A stretch of 64,000 nucleotides of DNA from a virus (IMGVR_UViG_2872147552_000001), one strand, 5' to 3'. Counted from the stretch's first letter, positions 9,779-19,382 are shown. Notes: generated from the sequence alone by a model not told the origin. Translations and numbers: made by a program.

Positions 9779-10409
9779 ATTCCACCTTCACGCGTTCTTT
9801 GTAGTGCTTGGTGATCTGCATATCCGGGCGCAGCGCGTTCTTCAGGTCTTCGTGAGTCGTCGCCACCATTACCGTCGCACCAACCTTTCGAGCGGCACGC
9901 TGGAGGTTAGATGCCACAACCTGAGCGGTTACACGGTCTAGAACAGCCCCGAACTCGTCAGCAGCCCACACTTTAGCGCCTGACTCAATCAGTTTGGCAA
10001 TCTTGAGACGATATTTCTGGCCGTCTGACATTTCAGAAGGCTTGCGAACAAACAGATATGCATCGTTCAGACCAGCCATAGATAACAACCCAAGCGCATC
10101 ACTGGTCGTTTTGCCCAACTGATCGATGACGTTAACCTCATTATCGAAGGTAAAATCATCGATGGAGGCTACAGACAGCCCTTCATCCTTCATCTGTCGT
10201 TGCAACTCGCGCAGCACAACGGATTTGCCGGATCCGGATTGGCCGGTGATGTACACCACATCGCCCTGCTTCACTTCCAGCTCCAGATTGTCGTAAAGCG
10301 TCCACTCTTTTTCGTCCAGACCAAGCCCGAACGACTCAGCGATTTCCAACGTGCGCGTGGTTTTATTTACGCGTGTCTGAAACGATACGTTGATGATGTA
10401 TTTGCTCAT
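9771..10409 (-). CDS. stand-alone ABC-type ATPase (nucleotide-binding domain only)
   Basis: Walker A GQSGSGKS, ABC signature LSDGQKYRL, Walker B VWAADEFGAVLD and H-loop ATTHEDL all present in a 212-aa protein with no transmembrane partner. Confidence 0.6.
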   Translation of the reverse strand: MSKYIINVSFQTRVNKTTRTLEIAESFGLGLDEKEWTLYDNLELEVKQGDVVYITGQSGSGKSVVLRELQRQMKDEGLSVASIDDFTFDNEVNVIDQLGKTTSDALGLLSMAGLNDAYLFVRKPSEMSDGQKYRLKIAKLIESGAKVWAADEFGAVLDRVTAQVVASNLQRAARKVGATVMVATTHEDLKNALRPDMQITKHYKERVKVEYA

Positions 10410-11074
10410 GCAGCCATCTCCCCGGAAGAGATCTTCTCCGCATATGCCACAAATGCGTCTACCCCGCTTTCTCCTGTCATTTCTTCCATGTGGGCAAGCA
10501 AATCACCAACAACAATGGCAGAGCCAGCAGGGAGCGTTTTAAAGCCCAATACGTCGACAACACGTACTTCTTCCGCTGCAACTTCACGACTGATCTCGGT
10601 GTGTTCATCCTTCTGTCGTTTAGTTTCTTCGCCAAGATCGATAACTAGCGAGTCGGTGTCCATTTCTTCTGTCATACTGCCAACGAGAACATTCAACTCA
10701 CGCTCTTCAAAGCCGAAAACCTCGATATCGTCCAGAACAAGCGACTCAAGCTCTTTCTGTAGCTTAATTGCATCGTAATCAATGCTGGCTAGTCGGTTAT
10801 CTTCAAGGCGCTTCGCACGAACCTCGTCATCACTCAGATCATCGCGAACAATAACCGGCACGCGCTCAAGTCCAGCAAAAATTGCAGCCTCACGGCGGCC
10901 GTGGCCAGTAATAATTACGTCGTTCTTATCGACCGTAATTGGCTGGTCAAATCCTCGCTTTTTAATGGCTGCGGCCAGATCTCGGATCTGCTGTTCATCA
11001 TGCTTTTTGGCATTCATCTCATAGGGAATAAGATCTGCCGGGTCGCGATATACGATTTCAAACTTTTTGGTCAT
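10406..11074 (-). CDS. ParB-like nuclease-domain protein 1
   Basis: ParB/Srx N-terminal domain motif (ITGHGRREAA); start moved to ATG at 11074 with AAGGAG RBS, overlapping stop of the next gene. Confidence 0.6.
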   Translation of the reverse strand: MTKKFEIVYRDPADLIPYEMNAKKHDEQQIRDLAAAIKKRGFDQPITVDKNDVIITGHGRREAAIFAGLERVPVIVRDDLSDDEVRAKRLEDNRLASIDYDAIKLQKELESLVLDDIEVFGFEERELNVLVGSMTEEMDTDSLVIDLGEETKRQKDEHTEISREVAAEEVRVVDVLGFKTLPAGSAIVVGDLLAHMEEMTGESGVDAFVAYAEKISSGEMAA

Positions 11075-11754
11075 TACATACGCTCCTTGTAGTAGTCGAC
11101 CAGCCACACCAGAGCCTCACCAGCGTTCTCCATTTCATTACCGGTGTTAATAGCCTGCTCTTTGATGATGTTTTTTATGGTTTCTGCAACACGATCTGAC
11201 GCATCGAAAGTTACTTTGAAGCGCATGGTCTGATGTTCCGCCCCCACACGTTCGGTTTTCTCTCGTTTGTCGGTATCGACAGGCTCATCACTACCACGAG
11301 ACAACGCCTCCAGTGCTTCAAGGTCGATTGCCGCCTCTTTTGCTAAAACCATCGAGATTTCGTCGTCATACGGGGCGATTTCAGACAGTTGATAGTCAAG
11401 TTCTGACTGAATTTCTTCAATGAAGCGTTGCAATGCGATTTGGTCGTCTTCACCGTATCGCTCGTTGTCCACCAGTGACATCTGTTTAGCTACGACATCG
11501 CTAATTTTGCCCACAGAAAGCACCGGAACCGTTGAAATTCCTTGCTCAATAGCAGCACGCCAGCGATGTTCGCCGCCGAGGATTTCAAAAAATCCATCTT
11601 CAAGTTCACGAGCCAAAATTGGCTTAAAAAAGCCCAATTTTTCGATAGAACCTTTCAGTTTTTCAAAATTCTGCGCACCAACCGAATTGGTGTTCCAGGT
11701 ATTCGGGCGAAGGTTGGCAACATCAACCTGCAAAATCGTGATTTTTACATCCAT
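11074..11754 (-). CDS. ParB-like nuclease-domain protein 2
   Basis: ParB/Srx motif ILGGEHRWRAA; track start 11772 is GTG, ATG at 11754 used. Confidence 0.55.
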   Translation of the reverse strand: MDVKITILQVDVANLRPNTWNTNSVGAQNFEKLKGSIEKLGFFKPILARELEDGFFEILGGEHRWRAAIEQGISTVPVLSVGKISDVVAKQMSLVDNERYGEDDQIALQRFIEEIQSELDYQLSEIAPYDDEISMVLAKEAAIDLEALEALSRGSDEPVDTDKREKTERVGAEHQTMRFKVTFDASDRVAETIKNIIKEQAINTGNEMENAGEALVWLVDYYKERM

Positions 11755-11836
11755 TTTATTGCTACAATCCACTAAGTAATCACTTACTTATTATAATAGC
11801 CAAATAACATACAAAAGGCACTAAGGAAAGAGGTTT

Positions 11837-13396
11837 ATGACTGTTCGGATTGTATCTAACGCAGTAAATGCGCTTATTTCTGGCGCAGATGACAAGGTAA
11901 AGCAACTGGTGCAGCAAATGTTGAGCTACGAAGTCGAGACTGGCGACTGGAAGGGCACAAGCACGATGTTCAACTGGAGTAAAAACTCGTTCCCTGCTGG
12001 CTTTGCCAAGCCTGTAGCGGCGAACTTGAACAAGGCGGGCATCAAATGTGTTCATATCCGCAAAGACAAAGCCCCGGCGCTTGGTAAACCAAATCCTGCG
12101 GTTAACCCATTCCCATACAATCCTGATTATGCGTATCAGGATCAGACTGTGGAAACACTGGTTCGAGAGGGAATGATGATTGCGCAGATCGCTACTGGTG
12201 GCGGGAAATCTAACGTTGCCTGCAAAGCAGCTGCACGTATCGGTCGAATGACATTATTTTTAACAACCCGCTCTGTTCTGATGTTTCAAATGGCCGAAAA
12301 CTTCCAGAGATCCATCGACTACCGCGCCGAAAATGGTGAACCGTGGTTAAAAGACCAAAAGGTTGGAGTCATTGGCTCGGGTGAGTTCCAGGTATCACGA
12401 CATATCAACGTCGCTACAGTTCAAACTCTTGCAAGTTTCCTCGAAGAACCACCACGCGATGCAACACCAGATAAGAAAAGCTACCACCTCAAACGTCGGG
12501 AGTTGGTGAAACGCTTCCTTTCAAGTGTCTCTCTTCTTATTCTGGAAGAGGCGCATGAGTCTTCAGGCTCAAATTTCTATGACATCGCCAGATTATGTGT
12601 GAACGCAGACTATCGTCTGGCGCTTACAGCCACGCCGTTCATGAAGGATTCGACGGAAGCCAACATGCGCCTGATGGCGGTGGCCGGGCGAATTGAAATT
12701 AAAGTCACAGAAAAGTACCTGATTGATCGAGGCATTCTGGCAAAGCCGTACTTCCTTTATCATAAAGTTGCCTACAAGCCAGACGAGGCCAGAATCAAGG
12801 CCGAACTTGCCAACAAACACCTCAATTTTAGAGTTGGTATGAGCACCGCCTACCAAAAGGCTTATCAGTTGGGGATCGTGTATAATTTGGGACGTAACGA
12901 GGCCATAGTGCGCGAGGCATTGCTTTATAAGCAACATTCACTCAACTGCATGACTCTGGTTCGTCTTAAACGCCACGGGCAAATCCTGATGGAGATGATG
13001 AAGGAGTCAGGTCTTAAAGTTGATTTCATCTATGGGGAATCTAACCAGACGACAAGGCAAGCAAAGCTGAATAGTTTAGCGTCTGGTGAAATAGATGTTT
13101 TAATAGGCTCGACTATTCTGGATGTTGGTGTTGATGTGCCAAGCGTTGGTGCGGTCATTCTTGCTGGTGGTGGGAAAGCAGAAGTTGAAATGAGACAGCG
13201 TGTCGGTCGTGGCTTACGAGCCAAAAAAAATCAGGCAAACGTGTGTTTTATCACTGATTTCATTGACATTAGCAACAAATACCTGTTGTCTCACTCTTAT
13301 GAGCGAAAACACATCATCGACACCACACCTGGCTTTGCAGAAGGTGTATTGCCTATTGATGGAGCATTCGATTTTGGAGTTCTGAAACGAGATTAG
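11837..13396 (+). CDS. SF2 helicase (ResIII/DEAH-like)
   Basis: Motif I ATGGGKS, motif II LEEAHE, motif III TATP, motif VI QRVGRGLRA; AAGGAAAGAGG RBS. Confidence 0.75.
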   Translation: MTVRIVSNAVNALISGADDKVKQLVQQMLSYEVETGDWKGTSTMFNWSKNSFPAGFAKPVAANLNKAGIKCVHIRKDKAPALGKPNPAVNPFPYNPDYAYQDQTVETLVREGMMIAQIATGGGKSNVACKAAARIGRMTLFLTTRSVLMFQMAENFQRSIDYRAENGEPWLKDQKVGVIGSGEFQVSRHINVATVQTLASFLEEPPRDATPDKKSYHLKRRELVKRFLSSVSLLILEEAHESSGSNFYDIARLCVNADYRLALTATPFMKDSTEANMRLMAVAGRIEIKVTEKYLIDRGILAKPYFLYHKVAYKPDEARIKAELANKHLNFRVGMSTAYQKAYQLGIVYNLGRNEAIVREALLYKQHSLNCMTLVRLKRHGQILMEMMKESGLKVDFIYGESNQTTRQAKLNSLASGEIDVLIGSTILDVGVDVPSVGAVILAGGGKAEVEMRQRVGRGLRAKKNQANVCFITDFIDISNKYLLSHSYERKHIIDTTPGFAEGVLPIDGAFDFGVLKRD

Positions 13397-13398
13397 TT

Positions 13399-13677
13399 AT
13401 GAGTGAAAAGAAAACAACTTACTGTCAGGTAGCATTGTCTGATAAGGCCAATGACAAACTTGGAAAGTTTCAAGTGAAACTAAAAGAAAAAAATATCAAA
13501 ATGTCTAAGGCTGAAGTCATAAATACCATTCTGGAACAATTGACAATGGCCGACTTTGACAAGGTTATATCTTCTGTCGGGGCTTCCGCTAAGACTCGTG
13601 AGAAAATCATGCGTATCTATGAGAACTCTAATATGACAAAGGAAGATCTCGAAACGCTATTAAGCAGATTAAAATAA
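13399..13677 (+). CDS. small DNA-binding protein, possibly ribbon-helix-helix
   Basis: 92-aa ORF whose N-terminus (KTTYCQVALSDKANDKLGKF) has a beta-strand-then-helix pattern like RHH proteins; coupled to helicase stop. Confidence 0.35.
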   Translation: MSEKKTTYCQVALSDKANDKLGKFQVKLKEKNIKMSKAEVINTILEQLTMADFDKVISSVGASAKTREKIMRIYENSNMTKEDLETLLSRLK

Positions 13678-13703
13678 TCACGCTATCAATTAGGGAGACA
13701 AAG

Positions 13704-14168
13704 ATGAAGTCTCCCATACTGTTCACTTTCTGTTCTAAAACTATCATGAAATACTCGCTTCTCCCTCTACTAACGTTACCAGTGTTGATGCTTACCGCGT
13801 GCCAATCACGCCCAATATCAATCCATGACGCCAAACCAGCACCGCAGGCCAAAGTGTTCAAGTATCAAAGCGCAGCGCCAGCTACGTTGGTGGTAATGAG
13901 AGACACAGGTTTTGTAGGAGCTGGATGTGATGCTTCCATTTTCATCAACGGCGAAACTGTCGCAAAACTGGCTACAGGCGAAAAAGCGACTTTCCATTTA
14001 AATGCCGGAGAATTAATTGTGGGTGCATCTCTTGAAGGTGCAGGTTTATGTGCTCTAAACCCCGCTCGTCAAGAGCGAGAAACGACTCTGAAGAATGGAG
14101 ACACAAAAGCATTCAGGGTGTTCACCAGCAATTCTGGTGACATCGACATTCTGCCAACAACTCTGTGA
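13704..14168 (+). CDS. lipoprotein (lipobox LTAC), hypothetical; superinfection-exclusion candidate
   Basis: Hydrophobic signal segment ending in L-T-A-C; GGGAGA RBS at the 13704 start, alternative start at 13746. Confidence 0.5.
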   Translation: MKSPILFTFCSKTIMKYSLLPLLTLPVLMLTACQSRPISIHDAKPAPQAKVFKYQSAAPATLVVMRDTGFVGAGCDASIFINGETVAKLATGEKATFHLNAGELIVGASLEGAGLCALNPARQERETTLKNGDTKAFRVFTSNSGDIDILPTTL

Positions 14169-14172
14169 TGAC

Positions 14173-14697
14173 ATGACAACCAAAGATATTACCTACGGTA
14201 TCCAAGCTGAACTCTGGCCGCGAGATTACACTAACGTTGAAAAACTACTGATGTTCTGGCGCAGAGAACAAATTCCTGTAAGGGTCACTCTCGAAGATGG
14301 CCAGGCGTTTTGCATGTACGTTTATGGCCTCATGCCATCTCGTAACAAAGTTGACCTTTGCCCAGCCCCTTTTGACAAAGAAAATCGTATAAGGCTCCCA
14401 CTTGAACGCATTAGTACAATTGAATCAGGTGTGGTTGACAGTATCGCTCACGATTTCAAAGGTCGACTAACAGTTCACCCTGATTATGTCGATAATCGGC
14501 CATCACGCCGCGATTTTTTTGCAATTTGCAACCAAGCCTACAAAGCAAACAAATCTATAAGGGTGTACATGGCGGATGGCCGTGAAATTGAGGGGGTGTC
14601 AGCAGGCGCAGATGCTTGTCAGGTTACACTACGTGTCGAGAACGGTAGAAAAATAGTTGTTTTGTTCGATTGGGTTGAACGAATTTTGCCTTTTTGA
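14173..14697 (+). CDS. hypothetical protein with two Rof-like repeats (tentative)
   Basis: Track ORF 14095..14697 trimmed to ATG at 14173 just after the upstream stop; repeats VRVTLEDGQAF and IRVYMADGREIEGV faintly resemble the Rho-inhibitor Rof fold. Confidence 0.35.
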   Translation: MTTKDITYGIQAELWPRDYTNVEKLLMFWRREQIPVRVTLEDGQAFCMYVYGLMPSRNKVDLCPAPFDKENRIRLPLERISTIESGVVDSIAHDFKGRLTVHPDYVDNRPSRRDFFAICNQAYKANKSIRVYMADGREIEGVSAGADACQVTLRVENGRKIVVLFDWVERILPF

Positions 14698-14700
14698 GTT

Positions 14701-15009
14701 ATGAAATCGATATTGTTACCACCATTATTTTTACTTTGCTCAGTTGCGGCAAATGCAATGGACTATAAGCCTGTCATTCAATCGCTGATGAATGATGTGT
14801 GCTCAACGTCTCAGAATGTATCAGTTTGCATGTATCAATTTTCGGCAGCCGTAAAAGCAGGAAAAGCGATAGGTGAGAATGTGGAACTGTGTAAGAAAGT
14901 GGCAAATGAAGAACGGGCAATGTTGGATTGCGAATCTAGCGAGTCATCGGCACAGTTCGTTGATGCGCTATTTGACACCAATCGTAAGGCTGTAGAGTCT
15001 GTTCAATAA
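14701..15009 (+). CDS. secreted or periplasmic small protein
   Basis: N-terminal signal peptide MKSILLPPLFLLCSVAANA followed by a Cys-containing mature domain. Confidence 0.45.
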   Translation: MKSILLPPLFLLCSVAANAMDYKPVIQSLMNDVCSTSQNVSVCMYQFSAAVKAGKAIGENVELCKKVANEERAMLDCESSESSAQFVDALFDTNRKAVESVQ

Positions 15010-15199
15010 ATCTATAAGGTTAATAACCGGCTAAGTCCGGTTATTATTTTTCACATCACTTCTTTATATCTATAAATCAAATAACCTAAATATATATAAG
15101 GTCTAAAGCCGGAATCGATTATTTATTTAGGGAACACCTTCGACGATCTCGCTTTTATTTCTAGGACTTTCATCCCTGCAAAAAAATTTAAAAAAACAC

Positions 15200-15228
15200 T
15201 TGCAATCTTTTTTCGCATATCGATAATT
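15200..15228 (+). promoter_or_regulatory. sigma70-type promoter candidate (TTGCAA - 17 nt - GATAAT)
   Basis: -35 and -10 hexamers with 17-nt spacer inside an AT-rich gap about 65 nt upstream of the 15293 start. Confidence 0.45.
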
Positions 15229-15292
15229 GAACTCGTCGAAAGCGAAGACGCTAACGACAATAAATTTTAAATTTACATAAGGAAAAATTATC

Positions 15293-15943
15293 ATGGCTAA
15301 CATTATCATTTCTAAAAAATCCATCATTGAAGCTGCTTCCATTGTATCCGATGAACTGCGCGAAAAAGCAGATCTGGCAACTCAAACATATAACGAACAT
15401 TATAAAAATGGTACGCACACTAAAGCAGACAAAGCAAATATGCAAGCTGCGACCACTAAACTTGCTTACTTCATCAACAACGTTGTAAACGCTGTAGAAG
15501 ACGAAAAATTATGCTCTGTTTTCTACTATGCGATCAAAGCAAGCAAACAAGCGCCAGAAGTTTTTTTCCGTGATGCAATGACTAACAGTTATTCTCTGGA
15601 AAAACTGGTTTATCTGGTCAAATCAATTAAATCTGGTAAATGCGTTTATTCCGTCGCTGATATGTCAGGATCTCGTGTATTTGCTTTAATCGATATGATT
15701 AACGACGAGATCGACACGTTCACCAATGGCGCTGTTTTCGATTTAATGAATGAAGCTAAAAAAGCGTGCGAAATTAAATTGGACGCTGGCTATACTCAAG
15801 CCAACCAGTTGATCAATCTTTGCGAACGTCTCGGACTTGTTGAAAAAGTCAAAGGAGCTGGGAGCGCGAAAGCTGGTACTCAGCAATATCGCTTCGTTAA
15901 AAATGATTTTTATAACTATCTGGCTGATGCTTTTAAAGCGTAA
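15293..15943 (+). CDS. hypothetical protein
   Basis: 216-aa ORF with AAGGAAAAA RBS after an AT-rich promoter region. Confidence 0.45.
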   Translation: MANIIISKKSIIEAASIVSDELREKADLATQTYNEHYKNGTHTKADKANMQAATTKLAYFINNVVNAVEDEKLCSVFYYAIKASKQAPEVFFRDAMTNSYSLEKLVYLVKSIKSGKCVYSVADMSGSRVFALIDMINDEIDTFTNGAVFDLMNEAKKACEIKLDAGYTQANQLINLCERLGLVEKVKGAGSAKAGTQQYRFVKNDFYNYLADAFKA

Positions 15944-15991
15944 TTAATGGAATCAAGCGCCCACTATGGGCGCTTTAAAGGAGCTTTAAAA

Positions 15992-16195
15992 ATGGTCAGC
16001 TATGACAAGATCCGCGCGGAATATCGCGCAAAGTATCGCGCTTATAAACTGGAATTAATCGATGATTTGATCGCGCAACGCGACCAATTAAATTTTACGT
16101 TTTCTGATTTGCTCAACAGCAAGCGAGATTGCAAGCGCAAACGTGAATACTTACGTTTAAGCGCATTAATCGGAAAACTTCAAAATTCTATTTAA
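15992..16195 (+). CDS. hypothetical small protein
   Basis: Track ORF 15947..16195 trimmed to ATG at 15992 with AAAGGAG RBS; the 15947 start would lie inside a hairpin. Confidence 0.35.
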   Translation: MVSYDKIRAEYRAKYRAYKLELIDDLIAQRDQLNFTFSDLLNSKRDCKRKREYLRLSALIGKLQNSI

Positions 16196-16216
16196 TTTTT
16201 TTTAAGGAGCTTTATC

Positions 16217-16447
16217 ATGTTTGTTCTTATCGCTGGCGTTAACGTGCGCAATGAATATTTTGTTAATCGCATCGCTGGGATCGCTGGTTACGCTGGGCGC
16301 TCAGTCGAGTTTATCGATGAAACAACGCGTAAAATTGATTTATTGAGCGACCAGGAGCGAAAAAAAGCAGACGTGAACGACGCTGATATATTTTTAATGT
16401 TAAAAGCGTTTGTAGAAATGGGATTTAAAATCAGTTTACACAAATAA
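16217..16447 (+). CDS. hypothetical small protein
   Basis: 76-aa ORF with AAGGAG RBS, followed by two hairpin-plus-T-run terminators. Confidence 0.4.
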   Translation: MFVLIAGVNVRNEYFVNRIAGIAGYAGRSVEFIDETTRKIDLLSDQERKKADVNDADIFLMLKAFVEMGFKISLHK

Positions 16448-16448
16448 A

Positions 16449-16478
16449 ATCGAGCGCCCATAGTGGGCGCTTTTTTCG
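16449..16478 (+). terminator. rho-independent terminator
   Basis: GAGCGCCCATAGTGGGCGC hairpin followed by TTTTTTCG. Confidence 0.6.
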
Positions 16479-16496
16479 TTTCCAATACTCCCACCA

Positions 16497-16526
16497 TAGC
16501 GCGCCATCATTGGCGCGTTTTTTATT
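16497..16526 (+). terminator. rho-independent terminator (second of tandem pair)
   Basis: AGCGCGCCATCATTGGCGCG hairpin followed by TTTTTTATT. Confidence 0.55.
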
Positions 16527-16938
16527 GTCTTTAACTCACTCCAACAACATAAAAATAAGCGCCAAAATAACGCCATAGACGCGCTTTTATATCCTTACCA
16601 GTACATACCCATTACTTAGCACATTAACGCGCTTAAAATGCGTTATATTGCGCTATAACGTATGGCTAATCATTGGCTTTTATTCTTGCTATGTGATCCG
16701 CGTTTATTTGTCGGCGCGGATCGGCATTTTGTGTTGTTCTGTATCCGCTCGCGTATTATGTGCGCGTGATTTTTCACATAATCACACCACTTAATCACGT
16801 ATGTGATTACGCTACGAAAGAAATCTGGATGTCTCAGGCGACGAAAGTCATCATAATTTTCCCCGCTCGCCTGTCCGACAACCGCTGGTTGGATTCCACC
16901 AGCTTCCCGATGTTTTTTTCTACATAAAGGCGAATGCA

Positions 16939-17052
16939 GCCGTTTCCCGAAAAAATCCTGGCCGTTTCCCGTCGGCTCATGAATACGTTCCTCGCCGTTT
17001 CTGAAAATTTCCCTGCGGCAGCTGGTGGCTATAGAGAAAGGGCCGTTTCTGG
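16939..17052 (+). repeat. direct-repeat array A (4 copies of GCCGTTTCC-type motif)
   Basis: CCGTTTCCCGAAAA, GCCGTTTCCCGTCGG, GCCGTTTCTGAAAA, GCCGTTTCTGGCC read directly; a Chi octamer GCTGGTGG lies at 17021-17028. Confidence 0.55.
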
Positions 17053-17064
17053 CCCTCTTCTCAG

Positions 17065-17547
17065 TTACACGCCATCAAGGATGTGGATGCGGTTGCTTGC
17101 GTATACATTCAGCATAAAGTTAGCGCAAAACAGTTTCCATGTATCAACGCCAGCGGTATACGTAATGTTTTTGCATTTAATCGCATTGTTGGCGATCCGC
17201 ATCCCCTGCGATACTGCTTCATCGTCGGAAAATTTGAACGACGATTGAGTTTTAATCCAGACAGAAATCTGCGTAGCGAACTCAATCAGCTTGGACTGGC
17301 AGAATCGCCCGGAGCGCACCGGAAAGACGAACGTTCCGAATCCAGAATTTACCACATACGCTTTCTCAAATACCCGCGAGTAACGACGATTGCCAATGAT
17401 GTCGCGTGCAATAATGCATTTTTCTTGTGCTGACAGTTCTACCGTCTCATTGTCGCGCCATGCACCAAGTACTCGTTTTTCAATGTCAGAGAACGTTACA
17501 GCGATATTGCCATGTGCGGGTGCGTTTACAGTAGCGATAAAATTCAT
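17065..17547 (-). CDS. hypothetical early protein
   Basis: 160-aa ORF with AAGGAA RBS, preceded by the conserved early promoter/operator module. Confidence 0.45.
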   Translation of the reverse strand: MNFIATVNAPAHGNIAVTFSDIEKRVLGAWRDNETVELSAQEKCIIARDIIGNRRYSRVFEKAYVVNSGFGTFVFPVRSGRFCQSKLIEFATQISVWIKTQSSFKFSDDEAVSQGMRIANNAIKCKNITYTAGVDTWKLFCANFMLNVYASNRIHILDGV

Positions 17548-17565
17548 GATTAATTCCTTATCGTA

Positions 17566-17601
17566 AATAACAAATTGTTTTCTTGTTGGTGTTAATTATC
17601 G
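17566..17601 (-). promoter_or_regulatory. early promoter/operator module (GATAAT ... AGAAAACAA-N-TTGTTT palindrome)
   Basis: Conserved element about 20-40 nt upstream of the start codon; one of at least 13 copies in the window. Confidence 0.45.
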
Positions 17602-17722
17602 TTGTACGAATAAGGCGTCAAAGTGGAAAGTTGCGGTAGCCGGACGGGAACAGGTGGGTTTGTCGGTTGCCTGGAGGTAAGAGGTTGGTGTTTTTAGCCT
17701 GCGGGAAACAGGATGGTCATTT

Positions 17723-17746
17723 AAGGCCACCAGCATTGGTGGCCTT
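17723..17746. terminator. hairpin AAGGCCACCAGCATTGGTGGCCTT (intergenic stem-loop family)
   Basis: Perfect 9-bp stem; contains the reverse complement of the Chi octamer; no strong T-run. Confidence 0.4.
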
Positions 17747-17751
17747 AATCT

Positions 17752-18039
17752 TTAGTGGAGCAGACCGATGTCGATGGTATCCCCTGAATCATCCACACGG
17801 ATCATCAGCATGGCGAAGGCGTTTAGTGGATAACTGGCGTGCCATTCAGGGAAGCGGTCATCTCGCATGAAGTCGGCAATGTCGTAAACGCATCCCTCAA
17901 AGTGGAAGAATCGCGTGCTTACCTGCTCGTCATATTCCACATGATCCATTTCTTGCTGTTCTGTTTCCGGCAAGTCCAGCCATGATTCAAGGAATACATT
18001 TTGTGCTTTAGGGGTAATGGTGAAATCAGTCATGAGCAT
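17752..18039 (-). CDS. hypothetical early protein
   Basis: Track ORF 17752..18165 trimmed to ATG at 18039, because the upstream part of the track ORF runs through the conserved promoter module. Confidence 0.45.
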   Translation of the reverse strand: MLMTDFTITPKAQNVFLESWLDLPETEQQEMDHVEYDEQVSTRFFHFEGCVYDIADFMRDDRFPEWHASYPLNAFAMLMIRVDDSGDTIDIGLLH

Positions 18040-18052
18040 ATCCTCACTGCGT

Positions 18053-18086
18053 AAACATGTTGTTTTCTTGTTGGTGTAATTATCGC
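18053..18086 (-). promoter_or_regulatory. early promoter/operator module
   Basis: Same GATAAT/AAACAA-N-TTGTTT architecture as at 17566. Confidence 0.45.
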
Positions 18087-18368
18087 AGTGTAGATAAGGC
18101 ATAAAAGAAGTTAATACAGGCTGAATACACAAGAAAGGTTCTGGAAGTTGATAGCCAGGTTTCAAACTAACCTTCGGTTATTAAAAGTCATTTAAGACCA
18201 CCAATGCTGGTGGCCTTAATAATTATCGACCGATTACGCTAAGGATCTTTTCCTCAACTGATTTGTTGTTGCGACTAAACTGCCTTGCGTATCTGATGAC
18301 AGAAGAGGCGTTTTGCTTTCTGACCATCTCGGCTCTTTCCTTCAGGCGTTTCTTGAAATCGCCCATAT

Positions 18369-18743
18369 TTACCACCAGGCGCAGAAGGTCAGTCTGTTAT
18401 TGTGAAAGTCGTGGTTCTTAATCAGATCTTCCACAATCTCTTTCAACTCCCCCACATCATGCCAGTAACCTTCATCGTACTCCTGACTGCCGAAGAAAAA
18501 ACCTTCCCGGGTAGGCAAGTACTCTTCGCAATTACTTTCGTTTATGTGCATCAAATGAGCCTTCAGAAAACAAATGTCATTCATCGTTAATTCTAAAAGC
18601 TCACAATTTTCGACTTCACCTACGTTGCGCTCCATCCACCCAACGAGCGCATTGAACTTACGGAAGTAAGCAACCTGCTTTCTGGATGCCTCGTTATTCA
18701 GATCGTTTTTAGGCTGTGTCTCGATATAGATATCAAGTCCCAT
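18369..18743 (-). CDS. hypothetical early protein
   Basis: Trimmed to ATG at 18743 with AAGGAAA RBS; conserved motif copy at 18797-18817. Confidence 0.45.
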   Translation of the reverse strand: MGLDIYIETQPKNDLNNEASRKQVAYFRKFNALVGWMERNVGEVENCELLELTMNDICFLKAHLMHINESNCEEYLPTREGFFFGSQEYDEGYWHDVGELKEIVEDLIKNHDFHNNRLTFCAWW

Positions 18744-18860
18744 GATGGTTTCCTTATTAAGTTGCTTCAGTGAAATCATTTTCACAAATCAGATAAGGCA
18801 GAAAACAAATTGTTATCGGGCATAAGAAAATGGCGCGGTTTACGCGCCATTTAAAGAGGA

Positions 18861-19256
18861 TTAAGCGAATACGCTTTCAGGGATTAAGGTGTCGGCAGGA
18901 ATGCCAGAGGTAATGCGCAGGCCGTACTGACCAATCCAGGCAGTGTTGGTATTCAGGTTGGAGGCGAATACGGTGTCAACCATATTCATCATTGGTTCAA
19001 ACACCTCTTCATCAACCTGGCGGAAGTAGTTCTCGATTTTCAGCAGCAGCGGGTCAGTTGCATCGAAAATAGACTGGTATTGAATCGCGTACTCGCCGCC
19101 GGAGGCATCACCTTTACGCACGATCGTACTGGCCTGGACTTCGGCACCAGTTTCGGTGTTGTACGTAACAACGGTGATTTTTGCCACATTCTTACCTTCG
19201 GCGGTTTCAGAGGCATAGTAAACATCAACTGTCAGTTTTTCGCGTTTAACGGTCAT
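18861..19256 (-). CDS. hypothetical early protein
   Basis: Trimmed to ATG at 19256 with GGAGAG RBS. Confidence 0.45.
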   Translation of the reverse strand: MTVKREKLTVDVYYASETAEGKNVAKITVVTYNTETGAEVQASTIVRKGDASGGEYAIQYQSIFDATDPLLLKIENYFRQVDEEVFEPMMNMVDTVFASNLNTNTAWIGQYGLRITSGIPADTLIPESVFA

Positions 19257-19320
19257 TTCACTCTCCGTAGTGTATTGGTTATTTTTATATTCTATGATCG
19301 TAAGTATGTACTTACAATAC

Positions 19321-19348
19321 AAAAAAGCCCCGTAAGGATGGCGGGGCT
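19321..19348 (-). terminator. rho-independent terminator
   Basis: Minus-strand hairpin AGCCCCGCCATCCTTACGGGGCT followed by TTTTTT. Confidence 0.55.
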
Positions 19349-19382
19349 GTCGTACTGTCGACTAATTACCACTTGCACATTA

